From assembly GCA_022574315.1 (NCBI GenBank), contig JACZSH010000002.1, positions 1-34,015 on the forward strand: a stretch of 34,015 bases of DNA. The letters run 5' to 3'. The DNA comes from Chloroflexota bacterium. Its GTDB lineage: Bacteria; Chloroflexota; Dehalococcoidia; Dehalococcoidales; RBG-16-60-22. Position 1 is the stretch's first letter. Every line of letters starts with the position of its first letter. Of this stretch, positions 20,606-29,424 are shown in pieces. The translations under genes and the position numbers were made by a program. The notes beneath the pieces were generated by a model. That model was given only the letters and a program-made list of their open reading frames with translations. It did not search any database and had not been told where the DNA came from.

Positions 20606-21595
20606 CTAGATTATGCCCATTTCCTCCAACGCCTCTTTGAGCTCTTGCTTCTCCTCGTCGGTCAAATCCTCTATCGGCAGTTGTCCGGGGTGATACGGGC
20701 CTCCCCTTAAGCCTACCAGGTCCATTGCTGATTTGCCTATTGTTATAAACATGGTAGGCGCTCTCAGCCACTCTGGAAAAACGGAAATGGACTCCCGCCT
20801 GCTGCAAGCCTTGGCCATGAATGTCCAGAGTGGAAAGGTTCTTTTCAAAGCTTCATGTGCCTTCTTGAAATCTCCTTCCTCGACTGCCTCGTAGATCGCA
20901 TAGCTTAGAGGTGGTGCGAAATTGGCAAGGAAACTTACAAAGCCTCGGTATCTGGTCCCGTAGGCAGCTGCCCCAACGTACTCGACCTCGCCCATTCCAG
21001 TGATTAGTATCATGTCTTCCGGGTCAATCAACATCGCTTTCCAGGCATAGGCAGCCGCATTTGGCGTGTTGTCCTTGGTGGCAACGATATTGTCGATTTT
21101 TGATAACCTCGCCATCAAGTCGGGAGGAATCATTGTTCCCGAAGTATCTGGATTGTCATATATCATTATGCTTATATTTACTGCATCGGCGACTGTCTTA
21201 TAGTATTGATACATTCCCTCCTTGCTTGCGTGGTGATAATAGGGGGACGCTACCATGACACAGTCTGCACCAACCTCTTTGGCGTACTTGGCCATCTCTA
21301 TTGTCCGCCTTGCAGCGGGCTGTGACACACCGGCGATCACGGGTATCCGTCCGGCGACAGTGTCAATCACCGTTTTAATGACCCTTTTTTGCTCTTCAAT
21401 CGTGTTTGCATAGAACTCCGCGGTGCTGCCATTCGTTATCAAAACCACGTCTTTATTGCCGTCTTTAGCAAAATCAACTATGAATTTAGTATTCTCTTTT
21501 ATCCCCTCTATATCCACCTCACCTTCCTTGGTATAAGGACATAGTTGCACAGGTACGATGCCTTTCAGCCTCTTCTTAAACTCTTTAGCAGTCAT
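20606..21595 (-). CDS. Class I (Schiff-base) aldolase of the DHDPS / N-acetylneuraminate lyase family; substrate unknown
   Basis: 329 aa. Family landmarks are NGSTAEF (the GxTGE position), ASPYYHH (PYY Tyr) and VATKDNT (Schiff-base Lys position). Strong SD TAAGGAGGA. Longer than DapA (~292 aa) and the GTTGE motif is degenerate, so not called dapA. Confidence 0.75.
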   Translation of the reverse strand: MTAKEFKKRLKGIVPVQLCPYTKEGEVDIEGIKENTKFIVDFAKDGNKDVVLITNGSTAEFYANTIEEQKRVIKTVIDTVAGRIPVIAGVSQPAARRTIEMAKYAKEVGADCVMVASPYYHHASKEGMYQYYKTVADAVNISIMIYDNPDTSGTMIPPDLMARLSKIDNIVATKDNTPNAAAYAWKAMLIDPEDMILITGMGEVEYVGAAAYGTRYRGFVSFLANFAPPLSYAIYEAVEEGDFKKAHEALKRTFPLWTFMAKACSRRESISVFPEWLRAPTMFITIGKSAMDLVGLRGGPYHPGQLPIEDLTDEEKQELKEALEEMGII

Positions 21596-21711
21596 TGTCT
21601 TAAGTCCTCCTTAATTTACTTGCCAATTTTTCAGCACCCCTGAAAGTGGGCCGTGGTAGGGATGGTAACTTGGATACAGACTTACCGAAACGTACATATT
21701 ATCAGGCTAAA

Positions 21712-22506
21712 TTATACGTCAGCGAGCATTTCCCGTAGCCCTTTCCCTTGCAGCTGGCTCCACTGGTAGAGAATGGCCAGGTCAAAACCGATGCAGAAAT
21801 GCCTGACTCCCATCTCGATGAATTCTTTCGCCTCTTCGAAACTTTCTATTTCTACCCGGGGGTGAACCCTTTTTTTCAGCGCTCGTTCTATCATGTCTCG
21901 CTGCACCCTCATTATTTCCGGGCTGTTCATCTGCCCCGGCTTGCCGATGTTGATGGCGTAGTCGCAGGGGCCGAACTGGAGCATGTCCACGCCCTTGACC
22001 TCCATTATCTCGTCCAGTTGCTCCATGGCGGAGGCTTTTTCTATCATTACCGCAATGATGACTTCCTGCTGGGCTTTGACCCATGCCTCGCTACCCACCT
22101 CCACGAAATAACCGGCGCTTCGCCTCACCGCGCAGCCATGGACGCCGCCGTCCTCCGGGGTTGCCGGTTTCACCGCCCGGACGCATTCCCTGACCTCTTC
22201 CGCTGAGCGGCAGTCGCTGAAAAGTACATTCTGGATGCCGGCGCCCAGCGAGCGGGTGGTGATAAATATCCTCGGCTCCTGCTCCACCTTCATCATGGAT
22301 GACATTTGCGGAAACAGCTCCACCGCCCGGGCAAAGTTCTCCAGGTCGCTCAATCCCCAGGCGGCGTATTCACCACTCAGCTCGATATAGTCGAAAGCGC
22401 CCGAAAGGCCTATCACTTCCACTATCTGTGGCGAGACGGATATCATGTGCGTGCCTATGGTTGGCTTGCCGGCATCGAGCAGCTCTCTCAGCATGTTCTT
22501 TTTCAT
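21712..22506 (-). CDS. HpcH/HpaI-family (class II, metal-dependent) 2-keto-3-deoxy-acid / pyruvate aldolase
   Basis: 264 aa. The N-terminal LLDAGKPTIGTHMISVSPQIVEVIGLSGAFDYIELSGEY and the MIEKASAMEQLDEIMEVKGVDMLQFGPCDY block match the HpcH/HpaI aldolase fold pattern (E..D metal site). SD AAGGAG. Confidence 0.75.
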   Translation of the reverse strand: MKKNMLRELLDAGKPTIGTHMISVSPQIVEVIGLSGAFDYIELSGEYAAWGLSDLENFARAVELFPQMSSMMKVEQEPRIFITTRSLGAGIQNVLFSDCRSAEEVRECVRAVKPATPEDGGVHGCAVRRSAGYFVEVGSEAWVKAQQEVIIAVMIEKASAMEQLDEIMEVKGVDMLQFGPCDYAINIGKPGQMNSPEIMRVQRDMIERALKKRVHPRVEIESFEEAKEFIEMGVRHFCIGFDLAILYQWSQLQGKGLREMLADV

Positions 22507-22540
22507 TCTGTACTCCTTATGGTATATTAATCTTTATTAT

Positions 22541-23401
22541 TTAGCTTTTCAATTCGGCGTAGATTTCGGTAGCTCTAAACGAGCTTCTTACCAGCGGTGC
22601 CGAGGCGACGCCTCTGAACCCCATGTTTTTACCCGCTTCCCGGTAGTCGGCGAACTCCTCAGGAGAAACGAACTTCACCACCGGGTGGTGCTTTGCCGAG
22701 GGCTGCAGGTACTGGCCGATGGTCAGCAGGTCGCATCCGGCGGCCCTCAGGTCGCGCATCACCTCTCGCACCTCCTCTCCGGTTTCCCCCAGCCCCAGCA
22801 TCAACCCCGACTTGGTCACGATTTCCGGGTCGAACTCTTTCACTTTTGACAGCAGTGCCAGGGAACGTCGGTAGTTTGCCTCCGGTCTTACCTCCGGGTA
22901 AAGGCGGGGCACCGTTTCGATGTTATGGTTGATGACTTCGGGGCGGGCTTTCACCACCGTCTCCAGCGCTTCCGCCGAGCCGAGGAAGTCCGGTATGAGC
23001 ACCTCGACGATGACACCCGGGCGGTTGTCATGCAATAGCCGGATTGTCCGGGCGAAATGCCCGGCGCCGCCGTCAGGCAGGTCATCCCTGGTCACCGAAG
23101 TGATGACCACGTAGCTTAGTCCCAGTCTGGCTACTGCTTCCAGCAGGTGTTGCGGTTCCTCTTCGTCCGGCAGGTCAGGGCATCCCTTGGGTACCGCGCA
23201 GAACGTGCAGTGCCGACTGCACACCTCGCCCAGGATGAGGAAAGTTGCCGTGCCCGCCGTGAAACACCCGCCGATGTTCGGGCAGTGGGCGCTCTCGCAG
23301 ATGGTGCCCAGCTTTAATCCGTCGAGCAGGTGTGCCATATTGGACATAATCTGCGGGTCGGCCGATGGTTGCTTAAACCAGGGTGGCAGTCTTCCGCTCA
23401 T
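22541..23401 (-). CDS. lipA: Lipoyl synthase (radical SAM)
   Basis: 286 aa. Auxiliary cluster CESAHCPNIGGC (C-x4-C-x5-C), radical-SAM CSRHCTFC, C-terminal RSSF motif. 29-nt overlap with lipB. Confidence 0.95.
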   Translation of the reverse strand: MSGRLPPWFKQPSADPQIMSNMAHLLDGLKLGTICESAHCPNIGGCFTAGTATFLILGEVCSRHCTFCAVPKGCPDLPDEEEPQHLLEAVARLGLSYVVITSVTRDDLPDGGAGHFARTIRLLHDNRPGVIVEVLIPDFLGSAEALETVVKARPEVINHNIETVPRLYPEVRPEANYRRSLALLSKVKEFDPEIVTKSGLMLGLGETGEEVREVMRDLRAAGCDLLTIGQYLQPSAKHHPVVKFVSPEEFADYREAGKNMGFRGVASAPLVRSSFRATEIYAELKS

Positions 23402-24107
23402 CGCCTTCCTTTATCGGTATATTTGTTTTCGGGATTATCTCTATTTGAAATATTTCGGCAAAATGGGCCAGCAGTCTTTCGGTCACCGTTTCCAGGGCTA
23501 CCTCCCGTCCCAATCGGCGGGAGATAGAGGTTGCCGTCCGGTCGGCAAAGCCACAGGGATAAATCAGCGAAAAATACTCCAGGTCCGTGTTTACGTTGAG
23601 GGCAAACCCGTGCATCGTTACCCACTTCTTCAGCCGGAGTCCGATGGCGGCGATTTCCTGGTTACCCACCCAGACACCGGGGTGGTTTTTATCCCTGCCC
23701 GACTCGATAGCAAAGTCCTTTAATGTTCTGATGATTACTTCTTCGAGGTTGTGGATATAGCGGTGGATGTCTTTTCCCCACCCCCGCAGGTCGAATATCG
23801 GGTAGCCTACCAGCTGCCCCGGGCCGTGATAGGTCACATCCCCGCCCCGGTCGATAAAGACCAGTGAAACCCCTTTTTGGGCTAACTCTTCCGGTGAGGC
23901 CAGGATATTTTCCAGCTTACCGGACTTGCCCACCGTTATCGTCGGCGGATGTTCCAGCAGCAGCAGCGTATCCGGTATCCGGCCGTCCAATCTCTCTTCG
24001 AGCAGTTGTCTCTGCAGGCGGTAGGCAGCCTGGTAACTGATTTGCCCCGGCTGGTAGACGGCGCACCCTCTCCTGTTCCCTTCACTCGCCCGGCTCAAAG
24101 GTTTCAT
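23373..24107 (-). CDS. lipB: Octanoyltransferase (lipoyl(octanoyl) transferase)
   Basis: 244 aa. LLLEHPPTITVGKSG, DRGGDVTYHGPGQLVGYPI, KKWVTMHGFALNV, and IYPCG (catalytic Cys). ATGA overlap with the E3 gene. Confidence 0.92.
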   Translation of the reverse strand: MKPLSRASEGNRRGCAVYQPGQISYQAAYRLQRQLLEERLDGRIPDTLLLLEHPPTITVGKSGKLENILASPEELAQKGVSLVFIDRGGDVTYHGPGQLVGYPIFDLRGWGKDIHRYIHNLEEVIIRTLKDFAIESGRDKNHPGVWVGNQEIAAIGLRLKKWVTMHGFALNVNTDLEYFSLIYPCGFADRTATSISRRLGREVALETVTERLLAHFAEIFQIEIIPKTNIPIKEGDERKTATLV

Positions 24108-25510
24108 CTCTTTGACGGCAGGAAATGTATCGTTTCGCCGCTCACGTCCAGCGCCGCCTCTCGGAATGCCTCGGAAAGGCTGGGGTGGGAATGTATCGTG
24201 GCGATGATTTCCTGCGGCGTCACGTCCAGTTTCATCGCCAGGGTGGCTTCGGCAATTAGTTCCGTGGCTTGCGGACCGACGATGTGGACGCCGAGTATCT
24301 GGCCGTATTTCTGGTCGGTGACTATCTTTACCAGTCCCCGCCGCTCTCCTTTGATGATGGCCATGCCGTTGGCGGCGAAGGGAAATTTCCCTATCTGCAC
24401 CTGGTATTCCTGGGCTCTGGCGTCCGCCTCGGTGAGCCCCACGCCGGCCAGTTCCGGCAGGGTGAAAACGCAGCGCGGCACTACCTGGTAATCGATTGTC
24501 GTATCTTTGCCCAGGACGTTCTCCGCGGCCACGACCCCTTCTTCCATGGCGACGTAGGCCAGCATCATGCCGCCGACCGCGTCGCCGGCGGCGTAGATAT
24601 CGGGCACACTGGTGGCCATGCTTTCGTTTACTTTGATGGCGCCTTTCTCTACGGCTACTCCGGCTTCTTCCAGCCCCAGCCCGTCCAGGTTGGGGCGGTA
24701 GCCCACCCCGATGGCGACCACCTCCGCCACCAGTGTCTTCTCACCCTCGCCGGTAACCACGGTGACCGCTTTGCCCCCCGCCGCATCTTCGATAGCGCTC
24801 ACTTTGGCGCTCTCATATATTTCCACTCCGTCCTCTTTCAGGGCTTTACTCACCACCGCGGTTACTTCCACGTCTTCCAGGGGCAGGATGTGGGGTAGCA
24901 TTTCCACTATGGTCACTTTGCTGCCCAGCTTGGCCAGGATGGTGGCCATCTCCACGCCGATAACCCCGCCCCCGATCATCAGCAGGCTCTCCGGGACCCG
25001 TTCCAGGTCGAGCACGTCTTCCGCGCTGATTACGCCGCGGGGACTGTCCGCCCCCGGAATCGGCAGTGTTATCGGCCGGGCGCCGGTGGCGATGATTATC
25101 TTCTGTGCCTGAAGGACCTGTTTTTGCCCCTGCCCGTCGGTTATCTCCACCTGCATTGACGGCAGCAGCCGGGCGCGTCCGTTGATAACTTCGACCCCGT
25201 TTCCCTTCAGCAGGCCCTGGACGCCGGATACCAGCGTCGAGATAACCGTGCTCTTGCGCGCCATCATTTTGGCCAGGTCGATACTGACCCCGGTGGTGGT
25301 TATGCCGTATTGCCCGGCGTTCTTGATTGACTCGTAGAGCTCCACGCTGTGCAGCAGCGATTTCGAAGGGATGCACCCGTGATTCAAGCAGGTCCCTCCC
25401 AGCCTGTCCTCTTCGATGAGGGTAACCTTGCCTCCCAGCCGGGCGGCCCTTATCGCGGCGACGTATCCTGCCGGACCGCCGCCGATGATGATCAGTTCTC
25501 GTGTCTCCAC
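24104..25510 (-). CDS. lpdA: Dihydrolipoyl dehydrogenase (E3)
   Basis: 468 aa. FAD site IIGGGPAGYVAA, redox disulfide GGTCLNHGCIPSK, C-terminal HSHPSLSEAF His-Glu dyad. GTG start (cac 25508-25510) after AGGGAGG. Confidence 0.95.
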   Translation of the reverse strand: METRELIIIGGGPAGYVAAIRAARLGGKVTLIEEDRLGGTCLNHGCIPSKSLLHSVELYESIKNAGQYGITTTGVSIDLAKMMARKSTVISTLVSGVQGLLKGNGVEVINGRARLLPSMQVEITDGQGQKQVLQAQKIIIATGARPITLPIPGADSPRGVISAEDVLDLERVPESLLMIGGGVIGVEMATILAKLGSKVTIVEMLPHILPLEDVEVTAVVSKALKEDGVEIYESAKVSAIEDAAGGKAVTVVTGEGEKTLVAEVVAIGVGYRPNLDGLGLEEAGVAVEKGAIKVNESMATSVPDIYAAGDAVGGMMLAYVAMEEGVVAAENVLGKDTTIDYQVVPRCVFTLPELAGVGLTEADARAQEYQVQIGKFPFAANGMAIIKGERRGLVKIVTDQKYGQILGVHIVGPQATELIAEATLAMKLDVTPQEIIATIHSHPSLSEAFREAALDVSGETIHFLPSKR

Positions 25511-25524
25511 GGTGTACCTCCCTG

Positions 25525-26763
25525 TTACGCGCTGATTAGCAACCGGTATGGGTTTTCCAGCAGCTTGATGACGCCGGCCATGAACCCGGCGGCCACCGCG
25601 CCGTCGATTACTCTGTGGTCATAGGTAAAATAGTAGGTCATTATCGGACGGATGACGATTTGCCCCTCCCTGACCACCGCCCGGTCGGTGATGGCGCCGG
25701 TGCCCAGGATGGCCGACTCCGGCTGGTTGATGATTACCGTCTCGAAGCGGTATCCGGCGCCGACGGCGCCCAGATTGCTCAGGGTGAAGGTGCCGCCGCT
25801 GATATCGTCCGGCTGCAGTTTCCCCTCTCTCGCCCTGGAAGCCAGCGCCTTTACTGTCTGGCTGATTTCTTTCAGTGATTTCCGGTCGGCGGCGGCGACT
25901 ACCGGGACAATCAGCCCCTCGTCCAGGGCGACGGCCACGCCGATATTGATGTCTTCCCAGATTTTCACTTCATTATCTATCAGGCTGGCGTTGATTGCCG
26001 GGTGCTCTTTGAGCGCCCGGGCGACGGCTATCACCAGTAAATCGGTGTAGGTAATGCGGGTGCCGAAGGTGCTTTCCTGCTCCACCAGGTCCTGACGCAG
26101 CTTGACCAGCTGGGTCATGTCTATCTCGCCCATGGCGGTGAGCTGGGCGGAGGTGGCCAGGCTGCGGTGCATGTGCTCGGCAATGGCCCCCCGCATCCCC
26201 CTGAGGGGTACCGTGCTCTTTACTCTCTTTTCACCGGGGGCGCCTGCCGGGGCGGCCGCCTCTTTGGGCCCCGCCGCTTTATCGGCAATCGCTTTTTCAA
26301 TGTCTTCCCGGATAATCCGGCCTCCGGGTCCCGTGCCGGTTACCTGCGTCACGTCGATGACGTGCTCCTCGGCCATCTTCCGGGCGACCGGTGATATTTT
26401 GACTCTTTCTCCCCTTCCGCCCGCGCTTACCGGTGGGGCGGCGGCTGCCTGGGGGGCGGCCTCGGCCTCGGCGGCCGGTGCCGGTTCAGGCTCCGGTTGG
26501 GCGGTTTGCAGGGCGGCCAGTTCTTCTTTCGATTCGGCAATCACGCCAATCGCCGAGCTAACCGCGGCCGTCTCGTCGGCATTTTTTACGATGTGGACAA
26601 AGCCGGCGGCCGGTGACTCCACGTCATACCTCAGCTTTTCCGTTTCAATCACCACCACCACCTGCTTTTCCTTTACCTGCTCTCCTTCCTGGACCTTCCA
26701 CTCAATGATGGTAGCGTCGGCTACCGCCATGCCTAAACGTGGTACCGTAATATCAGTTGCCAT
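25525..26763 (-). CDS. Dihydrolipoamide acyltransferase (E2), AcoC/PdhC-like
   Basis: 412 aa. Single lipoyl domain (VVVIETEKLRYDVESPAAG). Ala/Pro linker. Subunit-binding domain ISPVARKMAEEHVIDVTQVTGTGPGGRIIREDI. Catalytic DHRVIDGA. Confidence 0.93.
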   Translation of the reverse strand: MATDITVPRLGMAVADATIIEWKVQEGEQVKEKQVVVVIETEKLRYDVESPAAGFVHIVKNADETAAVSSAIGVIAESKEELAALQTAQPEPEPAPAAEAEAAPQAAAAPPVSAGGRGERVKISPVARKMAEEHVIDVTQVTGTGPGGRIIREDIEKAIADKAAGPKEAAAPAGAPGEKRVKSTVPLRGMRGAIAEHMHRSLATSAQLTAMGEIDMTQLVKLRQDLVEQESTFGTRITYTDLLVIAVARALKEHPAINASLIDNEVKIWEDINIGVAVALDEGLIVPVVAAADRKSLKEISQTVKALASRAREGKLQPDDISGGTFTLSNLGAVGAGYRFETVIINQPESAILGTGAITDRAVVREGQIVIRPIMTYYFTYDHRVIDGAVAAGFMAGVIKLLENPYRLLISA

Positions 26764-26778
26764 CTTTTCCTCCTGAGG

Positions 26779-27768
26779 CTAGTTTCTAAAAAATCCTTGG
26801 CTCACGGCCGCCCGGATAGTCCCTTCGATGTCAACCACGCGGGGGCCGTCTCCTTGCAGTCTTATCTGTACCTGGTCGGCGGCGGCTACCGTAATCTCTC
26901 TCTCTCCGTCCAGCGCGATTACCGATGGCTTGCAGAGTACCGTTACCTCTTCTCCGGGTTCCAGTATCTTCATTTCGGCTACCTCCACCTCGGCCACCCG
27001 CCCCGGGAGTACCACCGCCCTTACTTTTATATCGCCGCTTCCCAGCCTGATGTACATACCGTGCTGGTCACCGGGTCCCACCGGGTGCAGGTTGCCCCCG
27101 ATACAGGTCATCCCGATGTTATTCGGCTCAGCCCGGGTGCAGACAATCTGCCTGACCTCGGTCAGCTTCCAGATGGCCCGTGAGCCGGTGAATAGCTGGT
27201 CTAGAACTACGGCATCCACCAGTGCCATGTCGATTTCGGCACCGTTCTTGATGACCACCAGTCTTTTATGGCGGCTGATGGGCTCCTCCCCGTCCAGGAC
27301 ATTCCGGCAGATAATTCCGGCGGCGATTCCCGCCGAGGTGGATTCGGTCATCACCGGGAAGACGTTGTTGGTGCCGGTGGATATCGGCACCAGGGGTATG
27401 TCCTGCTTTCCCTTGGCCACGTCCCGGTTGGTCCCGTCTCCGCCCAGGGTGACGATGCAGCCCACCCCCCGTTCGCCCATCATCTCGGCGGCCTTGAGGC
27501 TGTCTTTGGCCGTGTAGTCCATAACCATGTCCAGTATGGAGACTTTTGCCTTGATATTCTCCGTCAGCATCCCGCCCAGGGCTCTCTGCCCGAGGCTGTA
27601 ATAGTCCGGCATGATAAGTATCTCGTCGACGCCGGTGGAATCGATGCCGATGATTATCCTTCTCATCAGGTTGGTTTTCTCGGTATTATCGGTCACGCTG
27701 GCATAAGCTACCAGCCGTCTGATGTCTTTTCCGGAGGCGGGATTGGCGATAATCCCCACTATGCTCAC
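26779..27768 (-). CDS. AcoX-like protein of the ATP-NAD kinase / diacylglycerol-kinase fold (function unknown)
   Basis: 329 aa. N-terminal GIIANPASGKD and the TLGGDGT motif are typical of NAD-kinase-fold proteins. Located in an aco-type operon, like acoX of acoXABC clusters. GTG start directly abuts the upstream stop (TAAGTG). Confidence 0.6.
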   Translation of the reverse strand: MSIVGIIANPASGKDIRRLVAYASVTDNTEKTNLMRRIIIGIDSTGVDEILIMPDYYSLGQRALGGMLTENIKAKVSILDMVMDYTAKDSLKAAEMMGERGVGCIVTLGGDGTNRDVAKGKQDIPLVPISTGTNNVFPVMTESTSAGIAAGIICRNVLDGEEPISRHKRLVVIKNGAEIDMALVDAVVLDQLFTGSRAIWKLTEVRQIVCTRAEPNNIGMTCIGGNLHPVGPGDQHGMYIRLGSGDIKVRAVVLPGRVAEVEVAEMKILEPGEEVTVLCKPSVIALDGEREITVAAADQVQIRLQGDGPRVVDIEGTIRAAVSQGFFRN

Positions 27769-28755
27769 TTAATCCACCCTGTCTAACTCGTGGCAGTTAA
27801 CGCAGTTGGGCATCGGCTCGCCTTTCAGGCCGGCAATCAGGTTCTCCGCCCCCATAATGCTCATCTCCGTCCCCGTTTGCCAGGTCTGGGCGCCGATGTG
27901 GGGAGTGATAATCAGATTGTCCAGGGTCAGCAGCGGGTCGCCTTTTGAGATTGGTTCTTCTCTGGTGACGTCTATCGCCGCACCCCGTATCCGTTTATGT
28001 TTCAGGGCTTCGTACAGTGCTGCCTGGTCGACCACTTTCCCCCGGGCGGTGTTAACCAGTACCGCCGTCGGTTTCATGCCGGCCAGTTCTTTGGCGCCGA
28101 TGAGGTGTTGTGTATCCGCCGTCAGCGGCACGTGGATGCTCACAAAGTCGGACCGGCTGAGCAGGGTTGGTATGTCCTCGACGTATTCCGCGCCCAGTTC
28201 GGCTTCATCCGCTCTCCGGTTGCGGTTGTGGTAAAGTATCTTCATTTCAAAACCACGGGCACGCCTGGCCACGGCGGCGCCGATGCGCCCCATCCCGATA
28301 ATGCCCAGCGTCTTGTGGTGGACGTCGAGGCCGGTCATTTCCATCGGTCCCCACATCTTCCATTCCCCCCGCGCCGTCAGGTCGACCATTTCCACTATCC
28401 TCCGGGCAAAGGTAAGCATGATGGTAAAAGCCAGGTCGGCGGTGCTTTCGGTGACCGCCCCCGGTGTATTGCTGACCTTGATACCCCGCCTGGTCGCCGC
28501 TTCGGTGTCGATGTTGTCGTAGCCCACGCTGACATTGGCAATCACTTTGAGTTTCGGTGCCGCCTCCATGACGCCGCCGTCTATTTCATCGGCACCCCAG
28601 AGCAGTAACCCGTCCGCGTCGGCCAGGTGGTGGATAAGCTCGGCGCGGGGGATGGTATCCTCTATCGGCCATACCTCGTAATCGGCGTATTGCGCAACTA
28701 TGTCAAGTGCTTCTTGCGCCATCGCTCTGGTGATATATACTTTTGGCTTCGGCAT
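27769..28755 (-). CDS. D-isomer-specific 2-hydroxyacid dehydrogenase (glyoxylate/hydroxypyruvate reductase-like)
   Basis: 328 aa. NAD site LGIIGMGRIGAAVARRA. Catalytic context VNTARG ... IDVTREEP ... ITPHIG (Arg/Glu/His triad). Confidence 0.88.
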   Translation of the reverse strand: MPKPKVYITRAMAQEALDIVAQYADYEVWPIEDTIPRAELIHHLADADGLLLWGADEIDGGVMEAAPKLKVIANVSVGYDNIDTEAATRRGIKVSNTPGAVTESTADLAFTIMLTFARRIVEMVDLTARGEWKMWGPMEMTGLDVHHKTLGIIGMGRIGAAVARRARGFEMKILYHNRNRRADEAELGAEYVEDIPTLLSRSDFVSIHVPLTADTQHLIGAKELAGMKPTAVLVNTARGKVVDQAALYEALKHKRIRGAAIDVTREEPISKGDPLLTLDNLIITPHIGAQTWQTGTEMSIMGAENLIAGLKGEPMPNCVNCHELDRVD

Positions 28756-28800
28756 TTGATATCTCCGGTAATTAGTGTCTTTGTGAAATGTCGTCTATGG

Positions 28801-29370
28801 CTACCGGCCGGTAAAATACACGTTTTTCCCCGATGCCGATAGCGGGATGCCGATTGCCAGGTCGGCGTCCATCAGTTTCATCCTGCGGGCGGCGGCACCT
28901 ATCGAGTACATCATGCGGTTGTCCACGTTAAAGTCGCTGGCCGTTTTCACCGCCGAAGCCAGGGCGATGCCCAGGTCCATCGACTGGAAATGGCACATCG
29001 GGCCGCTGGCGTCACCGGCGTCTATCTTTTTCGCCTTCAGTATTGTCAGGCAGTTATGACCGCAGGCGCCGCAGTCGAGAGGTATCTCCACCTTTTTGGG
29101 CTCGCCGGTAACGCCGATAATCAGTACCGCCGCTGACTTCCGGACGTCGTCGGCGTTCCTCTTGAAAAAAGCCAGCCTCTTCGGGTCGTCCTCATATCTT
29201 TTTTCCATGGCCTGGGCCAGCGCTTCCAGTTCTTCGGTGCCGTGTAAAATAAGCGTCTTTGTCGAGTCCATCCCCCTCGTCTTGGGGGAGGTGCGGCTAC
29301 TCACTGCCATCAACCGGGCGGCATCCAGTATCCCTTCTCTTTCTGCCTCATCCGAGCTTATTCGTGCCAT
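28801..29370 (-). CDS. DUF2148-type ferredoxin-domain protein (uncharacterised, COG4739-like)
   Basis: 189 aa. SSRTSPKTRGMDS near the N-terminus, a Cys cluster DCGACGHNC plus a distal Cys (GPMCHF), then DLGIALASAVKTASDFNVDNRMMYSIG. This matches my recollection of the DUF2148 family. SD GGAAGGAGA. Confidence 0.6.
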   Translation of the reverse strand: MARISSDEAEREGILDAARLMAVSSRTSPKTRGMDSTKTLILHGTEELEALAQAMEKRYEDDPKRLAFFKRNADDVRKSAAVLIIGVTGEPKKVEIPLDCGACGHNCLTILKAKKIDAGDASGPMCHFQSMDLGIALASAVKTASDFNVDNRMMYSIGAAARRMKLMDADLAIGIPLSASGKNVYFTGR

Positions 29371-29424
29371 GAATCGTCTCCTTCCTGCGGTTGAACTACT
29401 CTGCTGCGTCGATATTCGGCGGCT

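Noticed and set aside
24846-25376. Same-strand alternative-frame ORFs inside real genes (176 aa in lpdA; also 17917-18234 and 17064-17279, 1561-1875, 3673-3855, 10533-10766, 21782-22084, 23398-23625, 30600-30848, 20601-20807)
   Set aside because: They are Arg/Gly/Pro-rich out-of-frame translations nested fully within conserved genes. Nothing suggests overlapping coding.
26102-26776. 224-aa plus-strand ORF, and other long antisense ORFs over E2/E3/AcoX (e.g. 24269-24898, 26828-27517, 27997-28608)
   Set aside because: All are antisense to well-supported enzymes and have no motifs or SD sites. They are a high-GC shadow-frame artefact.
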